Below, piece after piece: positions 28,546-37,808 of a stretch of DNA of 64,000 bases. The DNA lies in the NCBI GenBank assembly GCA_021821305.1, contig JAKACP010000001.1, forward strand, positions 748,421 to 812,420, read 5' to 3'. The notes under the pieces were generated by a model that was not told where the DNA came from, did not search any database, and saw only the letters and a list, made by a program, of their open reading frames with translations. Position 1 is the first letter of the stretch; each line of letters begins with the position of its first letter. The stretch comes from a bacterium (GTDB lineage: Bacteria > Patescibacteriota > Minisyncoccia > Moranbacterales > UBA1568). The position numbers and the translations under genes are program-made.

Positions 28546-29646
28546 ATGGATGGAAATATCTACTGGCACTCGTTCCTCAGGACACCCGGTCTCGGACAGC
28601 AGGGCCTCCGTCTCCTCGCGGAACATTTCGGGGACGGTGAAGCGGCATGGAACGCCGACGCGGAGGCGTACCGCGAAGCCGGTGTCAGCGAGACACTCGT
28701 CCGAAAAATGATGGAAACGAAACGCTCCGTTTCTCCGGAAACGGAATACGGACTCCTCTCCGAGGCGGACATCGATATCATCGCCGACACCGATCCGGAA
28801 TTCCCCGCGCTCCTTCGGGAAATCCCACGGCCGCCGTTCCTCCTCTATACGAGAGGAACGATCAAGGATTGGAACACGCGCAGATGCGTCTCGATCGTCG
28901 GATCGCGCAAATACACGAATTACGGCCGACAGGCCGCGGAGCACATCGCCGAGGGACTCGCGCACGCCGGATTCACCGTGGTGTCCGGACTCGCGTTCGG
29001 CATCGACCGGATCGCCCATGAGGCGGCCTTGCGTGCCGGCGGCGAGACCGTAGCCGTGCTCGCCGACAGCCTCGACGACCGGTCGATCGCGCCGCAATCA
29101 CACCTCGCGCTCGCCCGAGAAGTCACGCGACAGGGGTCGCTCCTCTCCGAATACCCGCCCGTGACCGCCGCCAGCCCCTGGTTCTTTCCGGCGCGCAACC
29201 GCTTCATCGCGGGAATCTCCCTCGGAACCGTCGTCATCGAGGCAGCCGAGAAGAGCGGGTCGCTCATCACGGCCTCGCTCGCGCTCGATTTCGACCGCGA
29301 CGTGTTCGCGGTCCCGGGATCGATCTTCTCGCCCGCCTCATCCGGCACGAACGAGCTCATCCGAAACGGCGCCACCATCGTCAGGAACATCTCCGACATC
29401 ATCGGGGAATTCTCGCCCGTTCCGGGCCCGCTCCGCCTCTTCGAGGAGGCTGTCCCCGCCCTCCCGGGAAACCTGTCCCGCGACGAGGAAACCGTCTTCC
29501 GGCTCCTTTCCCACGAAGCCCTCGCAGTTGACGAAATCATCAAATCGTCGCATCTTGGAGCAAGCGCCGCGAGTTCGGCGATCACGATGCTCGAGCTGAA
29601 AGGCCTCGCGAAGAACATCGGAAGGAACCATTATATAAGGACATAA
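28546..29646 (+). CDS. dprA: DNA-processing protein DprA
   Basis: IVGSRK, VSGLAFGID, FPARNR.IAG, EAAEKSGSLITA, C-terminal wHTH; directly upstream of topA. Confidence 0.95.
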   Translation: MDGNIYWHSFLRTPGLGQQGLRLLAEHFGDGEAAWNADAEAYREAGVSETLVRKMMETKRSVSPETEYGLLSEADIDIIADTDPEFPALLREIPRPPFLLYTRGTIKDWNTRRCVSIVGSRKYTNYGRQAAEHIAEGLAHAGFTVVSGLAFGIDRIAHEAALRAGGETVAVLADSLDDRSIAPQSHLALAREVTRQGSLLSEYPPVTAASPWFFPARNRFIAGISLGTVVIEAAEKSGSLITASLALDFDRDVFAVPGSIFSPASSGTNELIRNGATIVRNISDIIGEFSPVPGPLRLFEEAVPALPGNLSRDEETVFRLLSHEALAVDEIIKSSHLGASAASSAITMLELKGLAKNIGRNHYIRT

Positions 29647-29738
29647 ACATAAAAACAGGTGACGATAAACAAAAGAACGTGCCGGATCCGACCCTGTCCG
29701 CTCTTGTGTCGATCGTTGTCCGCTAACCGCTGACTGCC

Positions 29739-31925
29739 ATGAAACTCCTCGTCGTCGAGTCGCCATCGAAGGCCAAGACCATCAACAAATATCTCGGGAA
29801 GGACTACACGGTCGTCGCGTCCGTCGGCCATGTCCGCGATCTCCCGAAATCGAACAGGAACGCCATCGACATCGAGGGCGGTTTCGTGCCGCGCTACGAG
29901 GTGAGCCCCGGCAAGGAAAAGGTCATCCGCGAGATATCCGCGCTCGCCAAGAAGGCGGACGAGATCTACCTCGCGACCGACCCCGACCGCGAAGGCGAAG
30001 CGATCGCCTGGCATGTCGCCGACGCCTGCAGGATCAAGGATCCGCGGCGCGTCCTCTTCTACGAGATCACGAAGAGCGGCGTCGAGACGGCGCTCCGCGA
30101 ACCTCGTCCGCTCGACGAGAACCTCCGTCGCGCCCAGGAAGCCCGGCGCATCCTCGACCGTCTCGTCGGCTACGACCTCTCCGGGCTCATCTGGAAGAAG
30201 GTCCGCTACGGACTCTCCGCCGGCCGCGTCCAGTCCCCCGCGCTCCACATCATCGCGGAGCGAGAGCGCGAGATCACGGCGTTCATCCCGGAAATCTATT
30301 CCGTATTCTCCGCCGAATGTTCGACGAAGGGATCGGGAACGCTCACGCTTCTCCACACGACGAAACCGCGCCCGCAATCGGAACGCGAGGCGGTCCTCAA
30401 GGAAACCGAGGCGATCCTCTCGATCGCGCGGGAGCAGGATTGGGAAGTCGTCGACGTGAAGGAGACCGAGGCCCTGCGGCACCCGTCGCCCCCGTTCACG
30501 ACCTCGACCCTGCAGCAGTCGGCGAGCTCACGGCTCGGCATGTCGCCGTCGCGGACCATGCGCGTCGCCCAGAAACTCTACGAGGCGGGACACATCACCT
30601 ATATGCGGACCGACTCGGTCACGCTCTCGTCCGACGCGATCGCGGACATCGCCGCCGAGGTGAAAAAGTCCTTCGGGGAGAACTACCTCGAGACACGGCA
30701 GTTCAAGACGAAGTCGAAAAACGCCCAGGAGGCGCACGAAGCCGTACGGCCGACGGACTTCGGCACGATACCGAAACTCGCAGGCGAGGAACAGAAACTC
30801 TATTCCCTCATCCGCACCCGCGCGATCGCCTCGCAGATGAAGTCGGCACAGCTCCTGCGGACGAAAGTCACCGCGAACACCGTCGACCGGACACTCCCCG
30901 ATTTCACTGCGACCGGATCGCGTCTCACGTTCGACGGATGGCTCGCGCTCGACAAGGCGGCCCGCAGCGACGACATCGAGCTCCCCGAGGCCAAGACGGG
31001 CGAAGCGCTCACGCTCAAGGATATCACCGTCGAGGAGAAACGGACGGAACCGCCGAAACGCTACTCCGAGGCCGGACTCGTCAAGGAGCTGGAGAAGCGC
31101 GGGATCGGACGCCCGTCCACCTACGCCTCGATCATCAAGACCATCATCGACCGCGGCTACGTCGAGAAGGAAGGCCGATCGCTCAAGGCGACCGAGACCG
31201 GCGATGTCGTCGATTCGTTCCTCTCCGAGCATTTTCCCGACGTGGTCTCCGACACGCTGACCGCGGACATGGAAAACAAGCTCGACGAGATCGCTCGAGG
31301 CGAACGCGAATACGCGAAGACGCTCGGAGATTTCTATACGCCGTTCGCGAAAGAAGTGAAGGAGAAAGACAAATCGACCGGGAAAGCGACCCACCTCGGT
31401 GAGGCCGACGCCGCTCACGTCTGCCCGAAATGCGGGTCGTCCATGGTCATCAAGCTCGGCCGCTCCGGGAAATTCCTTTCCTGCGCGAAGTACCCGGAGT
31501 GCGACGGAGCCCTCACGATCGAGGGAAACGTGATCGAGGGGCCGAAGGCGACCGGCGAGAAATGTCCCGAGTGCGGTGGAGACCTCGTCGAACGGACCGG
31601 ACGCTACGGCAAGTTCGTCTCCTGCGGAAACTACCCGAAATGCAAATACATCAAGAAGGACGACCCGGCCAATCCGATGAACGGAACGGGCGTGAAATGC
31701 CCGGTCTGCAAGGAAGGCGAGATGGTCGAGAAGAAGGGGCGCTTCGGCATCTTCTACGCCTGCTCCAACTATCCGAAATGCCGGCACGCGATCAAGGCCA
31801 AGCCCACCGGGAAACTCTGCGATCTCTGCGGATCGCTCATGATGGAAGGGACGAAAACGATACCGGACCGATGCAGCAGCAAAACGTGCCCCAACCACAA
31901 TCCTCATAAGCTACAAAAGTCCTAA
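29739..31925 (+). CDS. topA: DNA topoisomerase I
   Basis: VESPSKAKTI, ATDPDREGEAI, SAGRVQS, ITYMRTD, C-terminal zinc ribbons. Confidence 0.97.
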   Translation: MKLLVVESPSKAKTINKYLGKDYTVVASVGHVRDLPKSNRNAIDIEGGFVPRYEVSPGKEKVIREISALAKKADEIYLATDPDREGEAIAWHVADACRIKDPRRVLFYEITKSGVETALREPRPLDENLRRAQEARRILDRLVGYDLSGLIWKKVRYGLSAGRVQSPALHIIAEREREITAFIPEIYSVFSAECSTKGSGTLTLLHTTKPRPQSEREAVLKETEAILSIAREQDWEVVDVKETEALRHPSPPFTTSTLQQSASSRLGMSPSRTMRVAQKLYEAGHITYMRTDSVTLSSDAIADIAAEVKKSFGENYLETRQFKTKSKNAQEAHEAVRPTDFGTIPKLAGEEQKLYSLIRTRAIASQMKSAQLLRTKVTANTVDRTLPDFTATGSRLTFDGWLALDKAARSDDIELPEAKTGEALTLKDITVEEKRTEPPKRYSEAGLVKELEKRGIGRPSTYASIIKTIIDRGYVEKEGRSLKATETGDVVDSFLSEHFPDVVSDTLTADMENKLDEIARGEREYAKTLGDFYTPFAKEVKEKDKSTGKATHLGEADAAHVCPKCGSSMVIKLGRSGKFLSCAKYPECDGALTIEGNVIEGPKATGEKCPECGGDLVERTGRYGKFVSCGNYPKCKYIKKDDPANPMNGTGVKCPVCKEGEMVEKKGRFGIFYACSNYPKCRHAIKAKPTGKLCDLCGSLMMEGTKTIPDRCSSKTCPNHNPHKLQKS

Positions 31926-31932
31926 TCATTCA

Positions 31933-31982
31933 CCCTGTGTAATCCGGCTCTGCCGGTCCGCCTTTGGCGGAATTACACAGGG
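31933..31982. repeat. Gene-less palindromic element with ends like those flanking the GIY-YIG gene
   Basis: CCCTGTGTAAT ... ATTACACAGGG enclosing two small hairpins (CCGGC..GCCGG, TCCGCC-TTT-GGCGGA). Confidence 0.7.
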
Positions 31983-32131
31983 CAAGCCCTCACCAAGAAG
32001 ACGGCATGATCATCGGATGCGGCATACGGAGCCGCCGGCGTGCTTGAGAAAAAGACCTTCTCCACAAAAAACGCCCGTCCGATACCGGAAGGGCGTTTTC
32101 CATCATGGCATTCCGACGGCTATCGTCGCTC

Positions 32132-32914
32132 CTAGCGATACACCGACACGCTCACGAGCCGATGATCGGATGTGCCGTAAAAATCCGAGTTGGTGTAGAT
32201 CTTCACGTAACTCGCATCGACATCGGGAGTGTCCGACCCGGTCTCATTGTCCACCGAGGCGATACACCCGTAGTTGTTCAGGTTTTTCCTCGAACAGGTG
32301 GCAAAGGCCGCGAAGTCCGAATCCGACAGATTCGATTGGAAGTTTATCTTGTATCGTCCGGCTGCGGTACGTTCTACGCTCGAGACATTGTAGCTGGCAC
32401 GGATCGAGCACATGCCACCAGGGCAGGATGTCCCGTCGAAGTTCACCCACGCCTTCGCTTGGCCGTCCGTCGCCTGCGCCACCGCCACTTCCACCGCCCG
32501 CGCAGTGGATCCGGCGATACCCTCGGATTTGATCTTGACCACGCGATCTCGCCAGTTCGTGGCTGTACAGTCCGTGAAGACCGTCGTCTCATCCTCGTAG
32601 AAAGCGACCTTCGCGGTCCCGCCCGCGGCATTGAAGGTGATCGTGCCGGCACTGCAGGAAGTGCCGAGGTTTCCGGCGAGCGCATCGAGGCTTCCTGGGC
32701 TGACCTTGTAGATCTGGTAGAGCACCTCCTCCACCCCGGAATCCGCCACCTGGAAGGAGCGGGCGGAACTGCCGGTGGAGAGCGAGGCTTTGCGGTCGAG
32801 GAGGGCCGTGGAGAGGATCGTGAGCGAGGTCACGAGGAGGATCGAGAGGATGAGAAGGGAAAAGACGAGTACGGAGCCTTTGGGGAGAACCTTGGAGAAA
32901 CGGGCGGTTTTCAT
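32132..32914 (-). CDS. PilX-like minor pilin with tail-fibre-like C-terminal domain
   Basis: KG/SVLVFSLLIL prepilin-like site, SFQVADSGVE (PilX N-terminal pattern), RAVEV, then AKAWVNFDG..IRASYNVSSV..GRYKINF. Confidence 0.8.
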   Translation of the reverse strand: MKTARFSKVLPKGSVLVFSLLILSILLVTSLTILSTALLDRKASLSTGSSARSFQVADSGVEEVLYQIYKVSPGSLDALAGNLGTSCSAGTITFNAAGGTAKVAFYEDETTVFTDCTATNWRDRVVKIKSEGIAGSTARAVEVAVAQATDGQAKAWVNFDGTSCPGGMCSIRASYNVSSVERTAAGRYKINFQSNLSDSDFAAFATCSRKNLNNYGCIASVDNETGSDTPDVDASYVKIYTNSDFYGTSDHRLVSVSVYR

Positions 32915-33052
32915 AATCGTATTTACTCAATTATTTGTCCTCAATATACCACAAAAATCGGAATTTCGATATCAGGCTCCCAAGTAAAAGACCAGACATC
33001 TCGTCGCCTGGTCCTTATCCGCTCATCCGACATGCATAACCCGCTCCGTCCC

Positions 33053-34465
33053 TTATACCGTCCGCACCATGAGGAGATTGGTCCCGCCTCGCTGTCCGAA
33101 CGGCACGCCGGCGGATACCACGAAGCGATCCCCCTTCTTGGCGAGTTTTTCCTTGACGAGGATATTTTTCGTGCGCTCCATGACTTGGCTCGTATATTTG
33201 AACGGGGCCACGTGGTAGCCGTAGCATCCGTAAGAGAGGCAGACACGGCGTATGGCGTAATCCCAGGGAGTGAAGACGATGATCGGCTGACTCGGACGAT
33301 ACCGGGATACGGATCGCGGAGTGAAACCGGACTCAGTGAGCGCGACGATGACCTTGGCATTCGTCTCACGCGCTACCGCTACGACCGCCTCGCTCACCGA
33401 TTCGGCGATCGAATCGAGGCCGAGCGCGTCATCGCGCGACAACGGACGACGGAACGGTTCGGCTTCGACCGTCTCGGCGACCCGCGCCATCGTGGCGACC
33501 GCCTCGACCGGGAATTCCCCGAGCGTCGTCTCCTCGGAGAGCATGACGGCGTCCGTCCCGTCGAGGATGGCGTTGGCGATATCGTTGACTTCGGCACGCG
33601 TCGGCACCGGCGCGTGTATCATCGATTCGAGCATCTGCGTCGCGACGATGACCGGCTTGCCGAGTTCGCGCGCCATGTGGACGATCCGCTTCTGGAGGAG
33701 CGGTACCTGCTCCATCGGCATCTCGACCGCGAGATCGCCGCGCGCGACCATCACGCCGTCCGCCGCGAGAAGGATCCCGTCGAGATTCTCGATCGCCTGC
33801 TCGGTCTCGATCTTGGCGATGATCAGCGCTTTGGACTTTTTCTTGTTCAGGATCGCACGGAGTTCGTGCACGTCCTCGGCCCGCCGCACGAAGGAAAGCG
33901 CCACGAAATCGACCTCCTGCGAAAGGCCGAACTCGAGATCCTTCCGGTCCTTGGCGGTGAGTGAACTTATCTTCAGCTCGGTCCCCGGCAGGTTGACACC
34001 CCGGCGGCCCTTGGTCTCCCCTCCGACGACGATCCGGCAGTGGATATCGGTCCCGGACACCTTGAGCACCTCGAGTTTCTTCTTGCCGTCGTCGAGCAGG
34101 ATGAATTTTCCGGGCTTGATCTCCTTGGGGAGCGCCGCATAGTTCACGAACGCCCGATGCTCGTCACCAACGCACTTCTTGGTCGTCAGCGTGAAGTCGT
34201 CGCCGTTTTTGAGCATGACACGATCCTGATAGAAATCCCCGATACGGATCTTCGGCCCCGAGAGATCCTGGAGTATCGCGATCGGCGTCTTCAGCCGTTT
34301 CGAGACCTTTCGGACGATACCGAGGGACCGAGTATGCTCCTCATGGCTCCCATGGGAGAAATTGAGCCTGGCCACGTTGAGCCCGGCCGACACCATTTTC
34401 GAGAATACCGCCTCGTCGGCCGATACCGGTCCGATCGTCGCGACGATCTTGGTCTTTTTCAACAT
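33053..34465 (-). CDS. pyk: Pyruvate kinase
   Basis: KTKIVATIGP, RLNFSHG, MVARGDL, ATQMLESM, PTRAEV. Confidence 0.97.
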   Translation of the reverse strand: MLKKTKIVATIGPVSADEAVFSKMVSAGLNVARLNFSHGSHEEHTRSLGIVRKVSKRLKTPIAILQDLSGPKIRIGDFYQDRVMLKNGDDFTLTTKKCVGDEHRAFVNYAALPKEIKPGKFILLDDGKKKLEVLKVSGTDIHCRIVVGGETKGRRGVNLPGTELKISSLTAKDRKDLEFGLSQEVDFVALSFVRRAEDVHELRAILNKKKSKALIIAKIETEQAIENLDGILLAADGVMVARGDLAVEMPMEQVPLLQKRIVHMARELGKPVIVATQMLESMIHAPVPTRAEVNDIANAILDGTDAVMLSEETTLGEFPVEAVATMARVAETVEAEPFRRPLSRDDALGLDSIAESVSEAVVAVARETNAKVIVALTESGFTPRSVSRYRPSQPIIVFTPWDYAIRRVCLSYGCYGYHVAPFKYTSQVMERTKNILVKEKLAKKGDRFVVSAGVPFGQRGGTNLLMVRTV

Positions 34466-34554
34466 AGATACGATTAAGTGATTATCCTGGATACCGGAGA
34501 CGCGCCATGGAGGAATATACCCCGTTCGAGCGCCGAAAGCAAGACTCGGTCGGC

Positions 34555-35379
34555 TCATCGGAGGATCCGGAACAGCTTGCCGATCGCGAGCGCCGCGACG
34601 AACAACGCCCCGGCGGAGAGCACGATCGTCCCACCGGACGGGAGATCGAACGCGTAGGACAGGAAAAATCCGATGAGGAACGCCGTGATCGAGAATCCGA
34701 TCGAAAGCAGTATCGTCGTGCGGAACCCCCTTCCGAACTGGAGCGCCGAGAGCACCGGTATCACCATGAGCGCTCCGAGGAGAAGCACGCCGACGATCTG
34801 GAGCGAGGCGGCCGCGGTGAGCGCGGTGAGGCCCACGAAGGCGGTATTCACGAGCCCGACCCGGACACCCGACACCTTCGCGAGATCCTCGTCGAGCGAG
34901 AGCAGGAACAGCGGCCGGTAGAATCGGAAGAAAAATAGCAGGGCCGCGATGGCGAGCCCCGCGAGGAACAGGAGTTCGGCCTCCGACACCGTCGCGAGAC
35001 TCCCGAAGAGGTAGCTCATGAGATTGACGTTGGAGACGCCGGAAAGCGACACGATCACGACCGCGGCCGCGAGACTCACCGAGAGGAACAGCACGAGCAC
35101 CGCTTCCGTCATGACGCGCCCCGACAAGCGGAGGCGATCCACCCCGAGCGCCGCGAGAAGCGAGACGGCCACCGCACCGACCGCAGGCGATATCCCGAAG
35201 AAGATCGATCCGGCGACCCCGAGAAGCGAGACATGCGCGAGCGTGTCCGCGAGGAACGAGAGCCTGCGGACGACGAGGAACATGCCGACCGCCGGCGCGA
35301 GCACCGAGATCACGAGGCCCGCGGAAAACGCCCGGGCGAGAAAATCATATTGGAAGAGGTCCTGTATGAGCATATACAT
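34555..35379 (-). CDS. znuB: Zn/Mn ABC transporter permease
   Basis: DTLAHVSLLG, YLFGS, IVGVLL, PSGGTIV. Confidence 0.9.
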   Translation of the reverse strand: MYMLIQDLFQYDFLARAFSAGLVISVLAPAVGMFLVVRRLSFLADTLAHVSLLGVAGSIFFGISPAVGAVAVSLLAALGVDRLRLSGRVMTEAVLVLFLSVSLAAAVVIVSLSGVSNVNLMSYLFGSLATVSEAELLFLAGLAIAALLFFFRFYRPLFLLSLDEDLAKVSGVRVGLVNTAFVGLTALTAAASLQIVGVLLLGALMVIPVLSALQFGRGFRTTILLSIGFSITAFLIGFFLSYAFDLPSGGTIVLSAGALFVAALAIGKLFRILR

Positions 35380-35382
35380 ATG

Positions 35383-36096
35383 TCAGTGTGACAGGTGAGC
35401 CGCCGCGACGTCCGCGTCAGTTTTCTTCGAATGGAACGCCCCCTTCTCGAGCGAGAAGACGGATCCGGCTTCCTCGAAGACGGTGTCGAGGTCGTGCGAG
35501 ACGAGGACGATAGTCATACCGGAACGGTTGAGCGACGAGAGGAACGCGAAGAATCTCTCCTGTGACGCCGCATCGACGCTCGCCGTCGGTTCGTCGAGCA
35601 CGAGGAGCCGCGGTCTCGACACGAGGGCGCGCGCGATGAACACCCGCTGACGCTCGCCACCGGACAATTCCCCGATCCTCCGATGGGCGAGATGTCCGAT
35701 CTCCGCGATCCGGAGTGCCTCATCCACCGGCTGACAGTATTCCATGCCGAACTGACAGAGCGATGCGCCTTTTTTTGCCATATGCCCGCTCTCCACGATC
35801 TCCCTCACCGTCGCGGGGAATTCCCGCTCACGCTGAAGGACGTACTGAGGGACATAGCCGATCGACGCCCAATCGGAAAACTCCCGGATCGGCGTCCCGA
35901 ACAGGCTGATCTCCCCTTCGGAAGGACGGAGCAATCCGAGCAGGAGTCGGAGCGCGGTCGTCTTCCCCGCTCCGTTCCCGCCGACGATCCCGACATAGTC
36001 GCCATCCTTGATCGAGAACGAAAGATCCTTGAACAGCGGCTCCGCGCCCTCATAGGCGAACACGACTCCCTTGAATTGTATGGCGAGAGAATTCAT
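35383..36096 (-). CDS. znuC: Zn/Mn ABC transporter ATPase
   Basis: GGNGAGKT, IGYVPQ, LSGGERQR, LDEP, SHD. Confidence 0.9.
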   Translation of the reverse strand: MNSLAIQFKGVVFAYEGAEPLFKDLSFSIKDGDYVGIVGGNGAGKTTALRLLLGLLRPSEGEISLFGTPIREFSDWASIGYVPQYVLQREREFPATVREIVESGHMAKKGASLCQFGMEYCQPVDEALRIAEIGHLAHRRIGELSGGERQRVFIARALVSRPRLLVLDEPTASVDAASQERFFAFLSSLNRSGMTIVLVSHDLDTVFEEAGSVFSLEKGAFHSKKTDADVAAAHLSH

Positions 36097-36116
36097 AGGT
36101 AATAGGAGGATAGGTT

Positions 36117-37091
36117 CTATAAGCTCGCTTTGCACTCGAGCGCCTTGGAAAGATTCGCAAGATTCTCGCGCATCACGGAGAAATAATCCTCTCCTCGGGC
36201 GACAGCTTCGGGAGACAGCCCCTCGAGCGGATCGAAGACGAGCGTCTCAGCTCCGATCTCGCGTGCAAGCGTCTCCGACACCTTCGGCGAGACGAGCGTC
36301 TCGAAGAAAATATACCGTATATTCTCCTTTTTCGCGAGGTCGACAAGATCCGCCATCCGGCCGGCCGACGGTTCCATCTCGGGAGAAAGACCGGAGATCG
36401 AATGCGCGGTGAACCCGTAGCGTTCCGAAAGGTAGGCGAACGCGTTGTGCGAGGCGATCACCTCATGCCGGACGCAGGACGAAAGCGTCGTCCGATACTC
36501 CGCATCAAGCGCCGCAAGTCCGGACATCGCTTCCGCCGCCGACGACTCGTACGCTTCCGTGTGGGCCGGATATTTCCCGGAAAGCGCGTCTCGGATCGAA
36601 CCGACGATGCCCGCGGCGAACACCGGATCGAGCCAGAAGTGCGGGTCGTATGTCCCGCGTGCCTCTTCCGTTTCCTCTTCGTGTTCCTCCTTCACGAGAA
36701 GTGAGACCGACCGGGACGCGTCGATGACGATCACGCCCTTCCCCCGGAGCGACCGGGCGAGATTCTCCGCCCACGGATCCATGCCGGCCCCGTTCATGAC
36801 GAAGATATCCGCCTGTTCGATCGAGATGAGGTCCCGGGGCGTCGGTTCATACTCGTGCGGCTCGATGCCCGAGGGGACGATCGACGATACCTCCACGGCC
36901 TCACCGCCGGCCATGCGGGAAAATTCCGCGAGCGGATAGAATGTCGCGATGATCCGCGGCTTCCCCTCGCCCGCTATCCCGTTTTCCGTCACGATCGGCG
37001 CGTCGCTCCGAAAGGAGAAGACGCTCAGGGCGACGAGCGCGATCACGCCCAGGGCGATGAGGATGATTTTTTTCATGTCGGTCATATTCAT
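36117..37091 (-). CDS. znuA: Zn ABC transporter substrate-binding protein
   Basis: EPHEYEP, DPHFWLDP, HNAFAYL, DPLE. Confidence 0.9.
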   Translation of the reverse strand: MNMTDMKKIILIALGVIALVALSVFSFRSDAPIVTENGIAGEGKPRIIATFYPLAEFSRMAGGEAVEVSSIVPSGIEPHEYEPTPRDLISIEQADIFVMNGAGMDPWAENLARSLRGKGVIVIDASRSVSLLVKEEHEEETEEARGTYDPHFWLDPVFAAGIVGSIRDALSGKYPAHTEAYESSAAEAMSGLAALDAEYRTTLSSCVRHEVIASHNAFAYLSERYGFTAHSISGLSPEMEPSAGRMADLVDLAKKENIRYIFFETLVSPKVSETLAREIGAETLVFDPLEGLSPEAVARGEDYFSVMRENLANLSKALECKASL

Positions 37092-37101
37092 ATGATTCTC
37101 G

Positions 37102-37524
37102 TCACTGACAGCTTCCGCACAATCCGAAAAATTCGAGCGAATGGTCGAGAACGCGGAATCCTTCTTTTTTCTCGATCCTCCGTTCCTCGCATTCCCACGA
37201 CTCCTCCTTCACCGCGACATCCCGGACCGTGCCGCAATCGACGCAGACGAGATGGTGGTGGTGCGGCCCGGCGAGCTCATAGAGCGCCACATCGTTGCGG
37301 AGCGTGAGTTCGGACACGTACCCGGCGGTCTTCAGGAACTCGATTTCGCGATACACCGTCGTCTTGTTGAAACTCCGCGGACCGGACGCGAGGCGCCGCT
37401 CGATATCCGGCACCGAAAGAGGGGACTGCGCCGTTTCGAGCGTCCGAAGAAGCGCCTCCCGGGCCGCCGATCGGCGGAAACCATTCGTTTTCAATTCATC
37501 GAGTATCCGTTTCGTCGTTTCCAT
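37102..37524 (-). CDS. Fur-family regulator, probably Zur
   Basis: TTVYR, HHHHLVCVDCG, GLCGSC; first gene of the znu operon. Confidence 0.9.
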   Translation of the reverse strand: METTKRILDELKTNGFRRSAAREALLRTLETAQSPLSVPDIERRLASGPRSFNKTTVYREIEFLKTAGYVSELTLRNDVALYELAGPHHHHLVCVDCGTVRDVAVKEESWECEERRIEKKEGFRVLDHSLEFFGLCGSCQ

Positions 37525-37530
37525 ATCCGC

Positions 37531-37560
37531 ACTATAACGCAACTCGGTTGCGTTTGTAAA
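37531..37560 (-). promoter_or_regulatory. Promoter with palindromic operator (candidate Zur box)
   Basis: TTTACA-18-TATAGT; AACGCAAC-CGA-GTTGCGTT (37536-37554) fills the spacer. Confidence 0.75.
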
Positions 37561-37808
37561 GGGGAGCGGCTTGCCGAAAGAAGGGTTCGATACCTATACT
37601 GTAGTATATACGTACGTCGACCCGAGCACCTGCCGAACCGGATAAGCGCTCTTCTCGGAGAAAATCCCTCGATACGCGGCCCCTGCCCGGTGTGGGCTCC
37701 CCCGTATATGCCGCCCGCACTCCCCTCACGAGCCCCTTATTTTCAGACGACAAGCAAAAAGTCTTTCTCTTATTTCAGGCATTGAGATATGAGACAGGCT
37801 CCAACACT

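Noticed and set aside
37625-37650. CACCTG..CCGAAC resemblance to 5S rRNA
   Set aside because: Spacing is wrong and the rest of the 5S structure is absent
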